Position numbers and translations under genes: made by a program. Below, one piece after another: positions 35,482 to 49,060 of a stretch of DNA of 64,000 bases. The DNA lies in contig NC_087472.1 of assembly GCF_036321535.1 (NCBI RefSeq), positions 98,086,001-98,150,000 of the forward strand. The letters are read 5' to 3'. This DNA comes from Camelus dromedarius (Eukaryota). Each line of letters starts with the position of its first letter. The stretch's first letter is position 1. The notes below the pieces were generated by a model, which worked only from the letters and a program-made list of their open reading frames with translations, did not search any database and was not told where the DNA came from.

Positions 35482-37974
35482 CTGTTAACAGAGATAGATG
35501 CACATTTACTGTCTTGAGGTTGATAGCTGATGCTCTGCAGAACACCTTGGGAAATGTGTTGGAAAAACTCCATGGAGGGACCTCTTACTCATACAAAACT
35601 ACAGAACTTTTTTCACTTGAGAAATGACATAAAATGATACAATGTCAATAAACTCAAACCAAAATTGGCTTGCTTTTCACCACCTAATACAGATAGAGGA
35701 TATGAGGATTCCAGCCCCAGGCCTGAGCACAAACATCCTGGTTTCCCTCTCAGGATACGAAGTCCACTGTTGCCCTACCTTTCACATCTAGAAATTGTCA
35801 ATACCTTTGAATTATTAGATGACTTGATAAAATGCAGACGAATTCTTACCTTTGGAAACAAACAGCAATATACTGGCTGATACCAATTATCTAGATATGC
35901 GCCCTGGTTCCATATGCACTAGATGTGTGAGCTTCGGCAAGTCACTTAAGCTCATTGATTTTATCTTCCTTTGTCATACAAAGAGGATGACCCCTCCCAT
36001 ATAGGGTTATTATGAAGTTAAAATAAATAACAAAGTGCTTAAGAGTAAATTTCGGATTTTTTTTTTATCATTGTTCACTTCCAAACATATGAACAACCCC
36101 ATACACTATGCAATGTCCATAACACATATTTTTTAAAATCTATTATTTTGTTAAGTGTTGCCTTTTTTCTAAGCAAAAAATGCCCTGACCTCAGAAGGAT
36201 GTGTGATCTGAGTTAATTTCTATCTCAATAGTGATGATGAATTTTTAATGACCTATCCCCTCCCAGCTGTGCCATTTCCATGGTGACTAATAACACATAT
36301 TCCTGAGATGGCTCTCGGGTCAGCCAGCCGTGTGGGAGCAGTGTGACATGATGATGGTAACTGGCCCATCTAGAACAACCCACACTCTCATTTGCATAGT
36401 ATGTTTTATATGAACGTCAAACTGAAGACAGGAAAGATCACAGAGACTTGTTTTAGCCCAGATAGCTAAAAGAAAGTTCTGCTGCAGATGACCACCACTA
36501 GGCCAGACCTTGCCGGGAAGAACATCCCAAGTCAAATCTCTCTAACCCATCCTTCCTCAGACTCTCCCCACTGCCATTCGTGCTCCTCAGACCAAATTAA
36601 TGGTGAGTATGTGAGGCAGCCTCAAGAACTGGGGGGGAGAGCTGAGGGAGGCAGAGAGGGAGGGGAGTCTGCAGCGCCCCTCAAGCAGCAACGTGCTGGC
36701 ACACGGTTCACAGCCGACTTGCCAAGGGGAAAAACATGATTCATAGCATGTGTCAATTTCCCTGGTGTGAATATTCCCACCAGAGGTGATTTCAAACTAC
36801 GCACATGAGATCATTCAACATGAAGTTGGAAAGAGATGCTCGTCACTCAAGGGACCCATCACATCACCCTCTTTCCACCCTGAACACCAACTTCTTTTCC
36901 CCACTGGCAGCCTCCAGCTCATGCCTCCAAATGGCCCTGCCTGGTCACGTACTCCCTTGAACCACAAGGGCCAACAGTCTCTGGCACCACGTCTGGGGGA
37001 ATGTCATTACACAATTTCTGTGCCACACACTACCTGCCAGAGCCAGTGCCACCACCCCCATAGCCAGTCAGTCAGAAGGCGGGGGGCCTAATCCCACCAG
37101 CTGGCAGGGGCATGATAAAGGAGGGGGGCAGCAGTTAAGAAATGCAGCTGACACCACCGCAGGACAGCTCGGTAACCCTGAAAGTGGCAGGAGTGTTGTC
37201 TATCTTCAAAACTAGCAGTTAAGTATCTGAAAAGCATCTCTTTTCTACCCAGGGACATGTATGGAAAAGAGAAAGGATGCAGAAATGGGAAGGTTTAGAA
37301 TTTCAATTCTGCCTCCTCTTAGAGATGTGTCCTTGGGCACATTGCTTAACCTCAGCTTCTTCATCTGTAAAATGGGAACACAGAATTATTTTAAGGGTCA
37401 AAGATAACTGTTAACCATAATGGTGGTTAACGTCATCATAACCCACATGTGATTTTCATAGGCAGATTCTCAGGACAGAGGCATGGAAGACACACCCAAC
37501 TTGAGGAAGATAGGTTGACTCTCTCTTCAATGGTGCCTCCAGGGGAAAGGCAGAAGGATGCTGGAAACCAGAAGCTGATGCCTTTCCTCTACACATCCTG
37601 AGCCCGAACCAGCCCCTTGAAGCTTCCCCCAGCTTTCCAGACTCCTGCTTCAAAGGCAACATCTAGGTTAACGCCAGTTGCATCACCCAACATGCTCAAC
37701 ATCCTCTTTTCCCACTCTCCCCTACCTGGCCCCTAGTTTTCCCCTAAGAAAAACCCCTCCTTATCCTTTCAGCTTCTGCTCCTGTCACCTCCTGTATAGT
37801 GGTGTTTGAGGTATCTGGTTTACTTCTAGAAATTTTTAGGAAGTATCTTCTATATGAAAAGTACCATGCTAGGCCTTGAAGTTACAAAGGCAAATACAAG
37901 AGTGCCCACCGTCAGGTGCTCACTGTGTCATGGGGGTGGGGATGGGGGGGACTAAATAATAAAACTGGATAACT

Positions 37975-38348
37975 TTTTTGATATTTTGCCAGACTCTATT
38001 TCCCAGCTTCTCTTGCAGTTAAATGGGTTATGTGGCTGAGTTCTGGCCAAAGCAATATGGGTAGAAGTGACACACACCACTCCTAGGCCTTCCCACAAAA
38101 CCTCCTGTGCAATCCTCCACTCTCTTTCCCCATCCACCAGCTGAATGGGGAGGATTCCAAAATTCCTGAGGAAGGCAAAGACACAAGATGAAAGGAGCCT
38201 GGGTTCCCGAGTCCCTACCTGGAGGAAAGCTGCCTTACAGGGACACCCACGTTGTACTTTCCATGAGCACAGAGTACATTTTTTATTGTACGAGCCAACA
38301 AGAGTTTAGAGGGGCTTATTACAGTGTCTGGCTTGTCCTGACTAACAT
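37975..38348. mobile_element. MLT1J-like MaLR LTR
   Basis: atttcccagcttctcttgcagtta..gagttctggcca..gtagaagtga..gatgaaaggagcctgggttcc. Confidence 0.75.
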
Positions 38349-40125
38349 GCTAACAACAGGAAGGAAGCCTAGGGGACATCTCCTTCACCACTCTCGTGAT
38401 GCAACACTAGTGAGACTCCAAGATGATTAGCAGTCTAAAACACTTACTGTGCTATGCAAATGAAGTGTTATCAAACTTCTCATACAGCGTTTTGAAATCA
38501 CATAAAAAATACACAGAACATAAGTTGTTTTTGATGAACTGGTTGCTGAAGAGTAAACTATGTGAAAGAGACTTGGTTTTTATCTTTAATTAAAAATGAA
38601 GTTTCTTAACATCTGAGGGTTTTTTGTTACGTATATAATGTTCTGCAGGTAATTTTTCTATTTACATTTTCTTCTATTGTAGTTCATTATGTTTACACCT
38701 GTCCAAGTTATGATTTTGACAAGAAGCAGATTAAAATCCCCCTCCAATCATGGTCTTTCTTGGTCCTTTTTGTCATGATAGGTCCTGCAGTTCTAAAGTA
38801 TCATTGTCACCATAAGATTATTTTTCTAATACAGTAAACCAGGGCCTATCTATCCCCTAGTTATAAATTAGGCTTTTGTGGGAATAAAACTAATTATAAG
38901 ATTCCTGAGGTGCCTGTTAAAATACAGACTCCTAGGCCTCACCCCAGATCTACTGTGTTGGTCTCTCTGGAGGGAAGGCCTTGGAATCTGTATTTTTACC
39001 AAAGGCCCAAGGTGATGCTGCTGGTATTACTGGTCCATGGAGCACACTTTGAAGAGTAAGGCTCTAGTCCACACGTATACTTACCTACCTCTAGATTCGA
39101 TTGTCACTTAGAAATTTTTTTAAAGAATCACTATTTATCTCTAGGTGGTAGAATCTAAATATTGTTTCTAATCTCCCTTTTCTGTATGTTTACTTTTCTA
39201 TATGCTTTCCTCAATGAACACATATTGCTTTCATCATAAAAAAAAATCATCTTAAAACAAACAGCTCTTCAAAGGTGTCTAAGTGTTTTCATAGGTGGGG
39301 TGGATGCTAAATTTTATTCTGAGGACTTCTGCAGGTGCCTTTTTTAATATAATTCCTGGCAATGATGATTCCCAGCAACACAGCCTTGTCTAAGTCCAAA
39401 TAAGAAAGTATAATTTTTAATCATGGCCAGGCAATTAGCCTAGTAAACTGTCTTTGTAAACTAGTTGACCTTCCTGTGCTTCATTTTCTGTAGTCAAATC
39501 TGAATGGCTCCATGAAGATATAAAATTCTCTTTCCTGGATATTTTCAGAATTTCCTTGTTTCATAGTGCTAAAAAGAAGAAAGCAACAAATTCTAAAACA
39601 TTCTTTAAAATAAGAAAAACCTGACAGTTCTGACATTGTTTCATCAGTTTAACTTTTCTACGGTTCTCAGAGTGGTCTTACATCTTTTCAGTATAGGTAC
39701 TTTGGTTTATTGCCACAAAGTGACTTACTGGCTAAACAGAAATAAGGGGAAAAAAAAAAAAAACCCAGCAGCAAAAGACCAAGAATGAACCAGGGGGGAG
39801 AAAAGATTTTCATATAGAAATCTCAGAAAATAACATCATTATATAACTAGTTCCCCAAACTAATAAACAATTTAGTCTTTCAGAGAGAAAAGTATGAAGA
39901 ACAGAAATAAGGGGCAAAAACATTATGTATTTGTTGTCATCAGAGCAAGTAAATCACACCGGACGATGGTTTTGGCCAATTTGTCACAAAGGGCACCACT
40001 ATTTTTCCTAAGACTCTTGTGAGGTAACTTTCTTTAAAAACAGTTTTCAAAGGACATGAGAGGGAAGGCCTTATAATTTAAAAGGAAAAATAAAAGTCAT
40101 GGTAAAATGCACAAGAAAGCTCTTA

Positions 40126-40392
<267 letters not shown>

Positions 40393-40529
40393 TTAAAGAT
40401 GCAATTGCTCAAATCTAAAACATGAATGCCTGATCACTGCCACCCAGACAAGACCTATCGCTGGAATCATAAATGGAGCACGTGTTCAGAACCACCTGCA
40501 ATATGGACCCCACGAGCGCACATCACCCA

Positions 40530-40690
40530 CTCCCCTGACCCCTCCAGCGCTCTCCTCCCTGCTCTTCCACCCCCTCCACTCTCCCTCCTCGTCTTCCCTC
40601 TCCCCCTTCCTCCCCTCCTCTCCTGTGTGCTCCCTCCTTCCTTCTGGCACTCTCCCTCCCCTCCCTCCCCCTGTACTTCCCCCCCCACCA
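40530..40690. repeat. C/T-rich low-complexity tract
   Basis: About 160 bp dominated by ccct/cctc units in intron 8. Confidence 0.85.
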
Positions 40691-40879
40691 TACTTATTCC
40701 ACAGACACAGATGCCTCAGCACACCTCTGGTCTTCTCTCTGGCATGGTCTTTCTTACACACGGGGACACAAACAGCAACAAAAAGGTGTCCCCTCTCACA
40801 GCACCACTATCTTGGTGTTTTTACCTGGCTAATCCAAAAGTCATTTCCACTCTTTTTCTCTTCTTTTCCTCCCTTGTCT

Positions 40880-41330
40880 GCCTCTACTTTGAAATGGAAA
40901 ACCAATTACTCACTCGCCTAGCCTACCTTGTAGGTAGGGATGGCCACTTGCCCCAATCCTACTCAGTGAGAAATAAAGGGAAGACATCTGGGAATATTCT
41001 AGAAGGCTCTGTTTTTTTCTGGTATAAGAGATAGACATGGCCCTCACTGGCCCTTCCTCCTTCTTCCTGCCCTGATGGCAGATGTGACATATGCAGCTGT
41101 GGCAGCCACCTTACAACTGTGAGTTATCTAACACAACATCAAAAAGCCAACACACTAAGAAGAGTAGAGTGGAAAGAAAGAAGCTGGCTCTTTGACAACA
41201 CTGGGCAACAGCAAAACCAGTACAGCCACCTGTGTCTAGACTTTTGTCAAATAAGAAAATGGGCTTTAAGTTTTTAAGCCACTCTTGGAAAGGTTTTCTG
41301 AAACCTTTAAAAGAAGGCATTCTGATGCAC
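40880..41330. mobile_element. MLT1K/L-like MaLR LTR
   Basis: ccttcctccttcttcctgcc..gcagctgtggcagccacctt..tttaagccactcttgg..aggcattctgatgcaca. Confidence 0.6.
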
Positions 41331-41485
41331 AGATAAGAGGTATTTTACGTGATGACTGACAAAGAGGATGATGACCCAAGAGACCAATGGTAGGTTTTAC
41401 GAGTCAAAAATTTACAAAGAGGTGAAAAAGAATTGCTTGTCAAATGACCAGTTAAGATAAAATCTCCTCGATCATTTTCACCAAC

Positions 41486-41569
41486 CTGGGGGATCATAGC
41501 GCTCAGCTGGGAAATGTTCATTTTGTTGTACATGGCCTCACTGGTTCGGTTTTCATGTGGAATCATTAT
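41486..41569 (-). CDS. PHEX: PHEX exon 8 (84 nt): IMIPHENRTSEAMYNKMNISQLSAMIPQ
   Basis: Acceptor ...ttccaacAG|ATAATG and donor CCCCAG|GTtggt; embedded in ORF 41345..41644(-). Confidence 0.97.
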
Positions 41570-44285
41570 CTGTTGGAAAGAGACTTTGGTTATTTTTTCA
41601 AATGAACCATTTCTTACTGCATGACTACTTTCTACATGTGCCAAAACATCTGCATAGTATCATAAACTTTTTTAAGATTTTGGTGTGCTGCCAAATCTGA
41701 GAGATAGAAAAAAAGATACCACTTTAGGCAAGATTAAGAAAATAAAAAGAAATTTTCCAGTCCTGTTCAGTGTGAAACACTGTCCTTGGTACAAAAATAA
41801 CTACTCAAAGCCCTCCCTAACCTATAATGTGGATGGACAAAATCTATTACTGGCTCAGGTTTGACAGCCAAACTAAGGTTGGGCAATTGAGACAAACATC
41901 CCGCCGTCACCTGTGGTGTCCCGGTAATGACCTCAGTAGTTCATGGACTACAGACCACCCCTTCATCCCTAGAGGAACAGTGTCACTGAAGAGCACTACA
42001 CTGTTTGAACAGCACTGCCACCCGTGACCATTCTGTCAACAGCTCGTTTCCTCACGTCTCCTATTCCCTCTGGTTTCTCTGGCCTTAAGACTCCCCTGGC
42101 CCCACTGCTAGGGGTGTGGGTTCAGCCACCAGTCAGACACACTTCCAAGTCTCCATCTCCAGCCCTGGCTCTTTCCATTCCCAGTACTTATGCTCTTGGC
42201 CAACTTGCCAATGCCAAATCTAAGCTTCTGGCCTCTGCCATGTTTAATCTAAGAAGAGCAGCAATGATGACCTTCCTCAAGGGCCATCTTAATCACTTCC
42301 ATGGACAGGTAGCAGCTCCCCATGCCCCTGAGCCACACTATGATTTTGCCTTAAGGCCCTCCATCACCTGAGTCCCTTACATTAAACTTGCCACCTTCCA
42401 ACTCACACAGGACTCTCCTTACCCTTGCATCCCTATCCACCATCACCACCTTCATGGTTTGAACTATAATTCAAGACTGCCTGTGATTCATTTTCTCTTT
42501 CAAGTCTTTCCAATTAGCCTCCACTTGGCTCTAATCTCAAGGGACACGCCATCAACAAGACCTCCCTTTATATACACCTCTCTAGCTGGGATCAGTTAAA
42601 TGCAAACTTCCATGGCTGTATTTACATTTTTTGTGTTTAGCTAGGTTTTCCTGTCTCCCCAGCTTCAGAAGTTTCCCTAGGACTACGTGCCCCACTAATT
42701 TTCAATGTCCCTAGTGACCTGGGACTTAAGAGACAAAGGTGAGCATTACTGGCGGGCCAAAAATCCTCAAATCACAAATTTTTCAAGACAAAATCACAGA
42801 GGGCTGAGTGGCAGACATCTGCCCCTCTTTTCTAAATGCTTCAGTGCCCTCAGCTTCTCCCTCCTCGCCCTCAACTGGAGAGACTTCATGTAACTCATAA
42901 ACCGCTTCCTGGCTCTAGGTGAGGCACTGCCTCCGAGAACATGCACACTCCCCCTCCCTCTACTCAGGCTCACAGGCCCAGGTTGGAGCCCTCTGGCCTC
43001 AGAGCTGTTTTCAGCTATCTGCCAGCTACATTGTCCCACCCCATGGATCTGTCACTTCATTTAGCCTCTTGACAATTCCCAGTCTTGCCTCAGCCCAGCT
43101 GTTTTTAGTTCCCTTTTTGGTCCAAATCCCTGGCTCATGGCAAGGCCTTTCCCGCTGTTCAGAGCTTCAGTCCAAATTGGATCTCTGGGTCTCCAATTAG
43201 CCTGGGAAGGGAACCCAGATGGCCTCTAGACATGGCTTAGAGGCAGTGTGTGACTCCAGGACATCTGCAGCGGTCCTTGCACAGTCTTCAAAGGTGACTT
43301 GCAGGAATGAACTTTTTGCGCTGCAAGGAGTCATCTGGAGAAAGATCCACACACACCGCCGCCGCCGAGAGAACAATTCCTCCTGACCCTGCCCATCACC
43401 CCACTCTTCACCTTGGCGCCCCCCACCACCACCTCGCCAAACACAAACCCAGCAACTCTCAGACTCACATGCACTTCAGGGTTTTGGCCAACTTCTGTTA
43501 TAAAACACTACCAACCAATATGCAACAGTTTCTTGACAAAAGGATCATTTTTTTTTTCACTACCAGGTATCTCCACAAGCAGATTTCACCATATTTGTTC
43601 CCTCTGGTCCTGGGAATGCATACAGACTTTATACTTTGCTTCTTCTAGAAAAAGTTATTCTTTTAGGATTTCTCATGATTCTCCCATAAGTTTTTTCTTA
43701 TATCTTTTTGTCTCCACCATGAGCCTGAACGAATTTAAAAGGTGACCTATACAGAACACGGCATATGACACAATGACATTCGTTAAACTGGGGCAAGAAA
43801 AGAATGAAAAACAGGCCTGGGGACAAAGCAGCAATAGAAAGGCAGCTAAAAAATGCTTACCAACATGCTTGAATACACTTTCTATATCAAATTATGTATC
43901 CACTATGGGTGCATATAGACTTCCCAAAGTTCCAATCTTAGATCAGACTGACTCTGAGTAGGAATGGTGTATAGAGTGAACTAGACTAAAAATAACCTTC
44001 TACTCAAGCCAAATCACTAAGGATGTATTAAATATATATTCTTCAGTTGAAGCCAAATAGGAGTTTCTCTAGGGAAATAAGCGTCTCTCCCTGCTGCTGT
44101 CCTTTGGCCACAGCTGAGCAGCATGTGGTCACTGAATGGGCTTCAAACAGGAGGAATGAAGAGCTCTTCTTTCTGTCATGGTTTTTCTTCCTGTTACTTC
44201 CCGGGGAGGAGGGGTGGGGATGATATTAGTTCTACCTTAGACCCAAAGGACAATGTCACAGAACACTTTTTTATTCATATTTTCA

Positions 44286-44609
<324 letters not shown>

Positions 44610-46519
44610 CTACCAACTACCCACCTGCCACCTTGGGACAAAGAAGAGTGATGGCTCCTTGAGTACTGCTTCCAAGAGAGACAGAGATGTCCAGCCACCA
44701 GAGAACTGGTTTTCTGGCAACCAGAGATATTATGGATACATGAAACATCTCCAAATGAGCCCAGAATAGTTAAAAATCAGACTCCTCTTTCCAGGCAAGT
44801 AAGGCTCTAAAAAATTAATGGGGAAGAACTATTGCTAAAAGCAGGAGGCATGATCCATGAAGACTGGTGAGAACTATGATTCATTCTCTTCCAGCTCAAT
44901 TTACCCACCTTCACACTAAGAAACAAAGGACAAGCGATCACAGCCCTATGTCTTTTCAGTTTTGTATGGTTTGTACAAAGTCCTCCTCACTAACTCAGGG
45001 TAAAAAGGGAGAGAAGAGAGGAATGATGAAGAGAAACCTAGCAAATATAGAATTTCTTCCCTGCATGTTCATAAACCCATTTTTAAGCTATTCATATGTT
45101 ATTGGAGTGGGGGACCTTACTTTATGGGAAATGAGGAATCTTGTTGGAGGTCACCTCCCCTTTCAGATATATTTGTGAGAACTCAATACACCAGGTGTTA
45201 AACTGTTTCATACTTATGCTATGAGAATAAGATTTCCTAACAAACACCTTGATTCTGTAGAGCTGTTCTTACAATGTTTATGACTTTGAGACCTATACAG
45301 TGCTTGGCATATAGCAGGCCCTTAATAAATATTTGTTGAATCAGTAAGCAAGCTTTGCAAATAATTATAATTAGAAATGTTTTGCAATTCCCAGTTCAAT
45401 TCCAAAAATATTTATTCAGTCAGTACACATGCAAGATGTATTGCTAGTCCTTCTGTGCGCATGAGGTGTACAGATGAAAAATTAAATAATACTCGAGTCT
45501 GGTCCTCAGTGTGGGATCCTGTGAGGGAGATAAACAGGTCATTATTAACTGTAACACTAGCAAGACCAAAATAAGTTTCTTAATAAAGTTGCTAAGTGCT
45601 TGGAAACTCAAGAACAGGACAATTTCAGCCTTGGGAAACCACGGACATAGTATTTAAAGGAGACAAGTTCAGGAGCAGTGAGGAGTCCTGTAAGGTGGGT
45701 GAGCTGCCTTTGTTGGGGGGAAGAATAAAAATAGATGAGACAGCAAAGGTGGTTTAGGACCAGGTCTTGAAGAGGCCTTGAACTCCCCCTCAGGAACTGA
45801 GAGCCTAGCTTATGAGCAGAAGCATGCTGGGAGCTATGCTTTGAGAAGAGAACTTGTCAAGTGGGGCTAAGAAGGCAAAGAAATGAAAGGGAGGAGGAAA
45901 GAGTTAAAACGCTACTGGCTATCGTCAAGTCAGGGTTAACAAGGCTCTAACCTAAGGTAGTAAGTACGGAAAGCAGGGACCAGGTGGAAGAGATATTTTG
46001 AAGGCAGAATCTACAAGACCTGACTGACTGATTATAGGGTGGGGAGAATATATCAAGCCTGGTTGTTTAAAAGGTGGTGACCCCAGCAGAAACAGAGATG
46101 CCAAAAGTTCAAACAGATTGGCAAAAGTTCACTCTGTCCACTATCGAGAAGAAAAACTTGCCAACTTTCTCGGATGAGTGCCCTCAGCCAGAAAGTTGCC
46201 TAGGATCTTGGCTAGCTTTCTGCCTGCCAGACCCTTCTAGATACAGGGTTTCCTATCAGCAAAGAAACAGGGAATTCCACTGCAAGCCTGCACTTCCCAG
46301 TCTAAGTTCCTGCATTCTTAGGCTGAGCCAGAAACCTGAGAGCTCCCTGGTTAAGGGTCTCCTGGGTCTAAGGCTCCTTTGGAAGTTTAATAAAGTTTCC
46401 AAAATGAATTCAAAGTGTCGGGAATAAACCAGCTCTAATCCAATCTCCAGGAAACTACTAGGTTTCCAAGCCAACCCAAGAAGTCGAACCAGATTGATCC
46501 CATCTGTTTCTGATTAACC

Positions 46520-46658
46520 TTACATTAACCTGGAGCACCAGTTAAGAAAACAGATTCCTGAGCCCCACTTCAAGTCTACTAAATCGGACTCTCCATGGCT
46601 GAGGCCGAAAAACCAACATTGAATAGAAATTTCTCAGGTGATGAATTTGGGAACCACT
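46520..46658. mobile_element. MER5B-like MITE
   Basis: cagattcctgagccccac..tctcaggtgatgaatttgggaaccactg. Confidence 0.6.
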
Positions 46659-46962
46659 GTCGACTGGGTATCCATCCCCACACTTCTACAATACATTGTG
46701 AGCTCTCTGCACTTCTGAGGAATGGCTGCAAGCTCATTCCTTCGTTACTCCATTTTTGGGTGTCTTCCCAGCTCAACCATGAGGGCACTGAGCACAGTGA
46801 CTTGTACAGCCTTCATTCCCAGACTTTGAGGAAACAGGGAGTGTCATTTATCGGCCTGAATAAAAGGCCTTTGCTTCCTACATTGGGAAGATGGTCATCA
46901 AACACCCACACTGCTCAATTCCCTCAATTCTAGTAAAGAGTCAGAGATCTGAGAACAACTTA

Positions 46963-47136
<174 letters not shown>

Positions 47137-47489
47137 TCAAGAGATCTACACCCCAGCCATATTTTGAGCATGTGTCACCATTAGAAAAACAATTAACTAC
47201 GCTCAGAGCTACTTGCAAACAGGCACTTCAGCAATGAAAGATACTATATCAGAGACCTGCCCCTGCTTCATGATTTCTAACCCTTTTGAGGTTCTATCAA
47301 TATTGAATAGCATCAAAGCTATCTGAGTTGGAATAGGTCTTAGAGATTATCTGATTCTCCCCCTTATTTGATGGGTGGAGAAACAAAATCCAGGACAGTG
47401 ATGTGACTTCCCCAAGTTAACAGTAACACACCTAGGCAGAGCTCAGAGAATCATTGTCTCTTGTCACCAGACCCACCCTTCTTCTCTAC

Positions 47490-47868
47490 AGATTATCATA
47501 CTCAGTGAAGTCAGACACAGATAGACAAATACCATATGGTATCTCTTATATGTGGAATCTTAAAAAAAAAGATACAAAAGAACTTATTTATAAAACAGAA
47601 ATAGACTCACAAACATAGAAAACTTATGGTTACCAAAAGGGGGGGGGGGAGATAAATTAGGAGTTTGGGATTAACACATACACACTACTGTATATAAAAC
47701 AGATAAGCAACAAGGACCTACTGTATAGCACAGGGAACTATATTCAGTATCTTGTAATAACCTATAACGGAAAAGAATCTGAAAAACAATATACATATAT
47801 AACTGATTCAGTCTGCTGTATACCTGAAACTAACACAACACTGTAAGTCAACTATACTTCAATTTTTC
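47490..47868 (+). mobile_element. Cetartiodactyl-type L1 3'UTR (relatively young)
   Basis: gacaaataccatatggtatctcttatatgtggaatc..aacaaggacctactgtatagcacagggaactatattcag..tacctgaaactaacacaacactgtaagtcaactatacttcaat. Confidence 0.85.
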
Positions 47869-47869
47869 A

Positions 47870-49060
47870 AAATGTGCTACAATTGGACATCCATTTGCCA
47901 AAAAAATTAATCTCAACCCATACCTCAAAACTTGTACAAAAATTAATTCAAGATGAATCACAGACCCACATGTAAAACCTAACACTATAAAACTTCTATA
48001 AGAAAACATAGAGGAAAATCTTTTTCCCATAAGGTGACTTTTCTTTACTCCCAGTGCCCCAAACTCTTTCTAGACAGAGTTCTTAGAAACAACACAAAAA
48101 TCAGAGCCATAAGAGAAAAAATAAATTGGACTTCATCATCATTAAAATTTTTTGTTCTGTAAAAGACATTGTTAAGAGAATGAAAAAGACAAGCTACAGA
48201 CAGGGAGAAAATATTTGAAAATCACATGACAAAGGACTTGTATCCAGAGTATACAAAGAGCCCTCACAACTCAGTAAGAAAACAAACCCAATTTAAAACT
48301 GGACAAAAGATCTGAACAGGCACTTCACCACAGAAAATATTCAGATGGAAAATAAATTCATGAAAAGATGCTGAACATCACTAGTTATTAGCAAAAAGTA
48401 AATTAAACCCACATAAAACACCACTACACAGCTACTAGATTGGCCAAAAAAAAAACCCCAAAAAAACCCAAAACCTGGTAATACCAACTGCTGACAAGGA
48501 TGTGGAAAAATTGGATCACTCATACACTGCTAGTGGGAATGAAACATGGCAGAGCCACTTTGGAAACCAGTTTGACAGTTTTTATGAAATTAAACATACA
48601 CCTATGTATGACCTCTCACTTCCTAGCTATTTACCCAAGATAAATAAAAAGTATGCTCACAAAAAACCTACATGTAACATTATTCATTATCACCAAAAAA
48701 TGGAAACAACCCAAATGTTCCTTAACTGGCAAATGGATAAACTCTGATACACGATGGACTGCTACTCAGTCCTAAAAAGGAATGAACTACTGATACATGC
48801 AACAACATGGGCAAATTTTAATCACATTCCAAAAAAAGGCAAAACTACAGGGACAGAAAATAGGGTTTGGGGATGGGGAAAGTGGATGACTACAAAAGGG
48901 CAACATGAGGTAAATCTGGGGCAAGTGATGGAACTATTCTCTTCCCTGGTTATGGTGGTGATTACATGACTCCATGCATTTGTAAAAACTTAAAAGGCTT
49001 GTGCATCACAAAAAGTGAATTTAACTGTATGTAAATTCTAAAATAAGTAAAATTTTTTAA
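47870..49060 (+). mobile_element. Older L1M (L1MB/MC/ME-type) ORF2-end plus 3'UTR
   Basis: aaattaattcaagatgaatcacagac..acagggagaaaatatttg..ctgaacaggcacttcacc..aaaaggaatgaactactgatacatgcaacaacatgg. Confidence 0.85.

Noticed and set aside
40426..41034. 202-aa + strand ORF
   Set aside because: Stop-free only because of a C/T low-complexity tract; runs into an MLT LTR; no recognisable domain.
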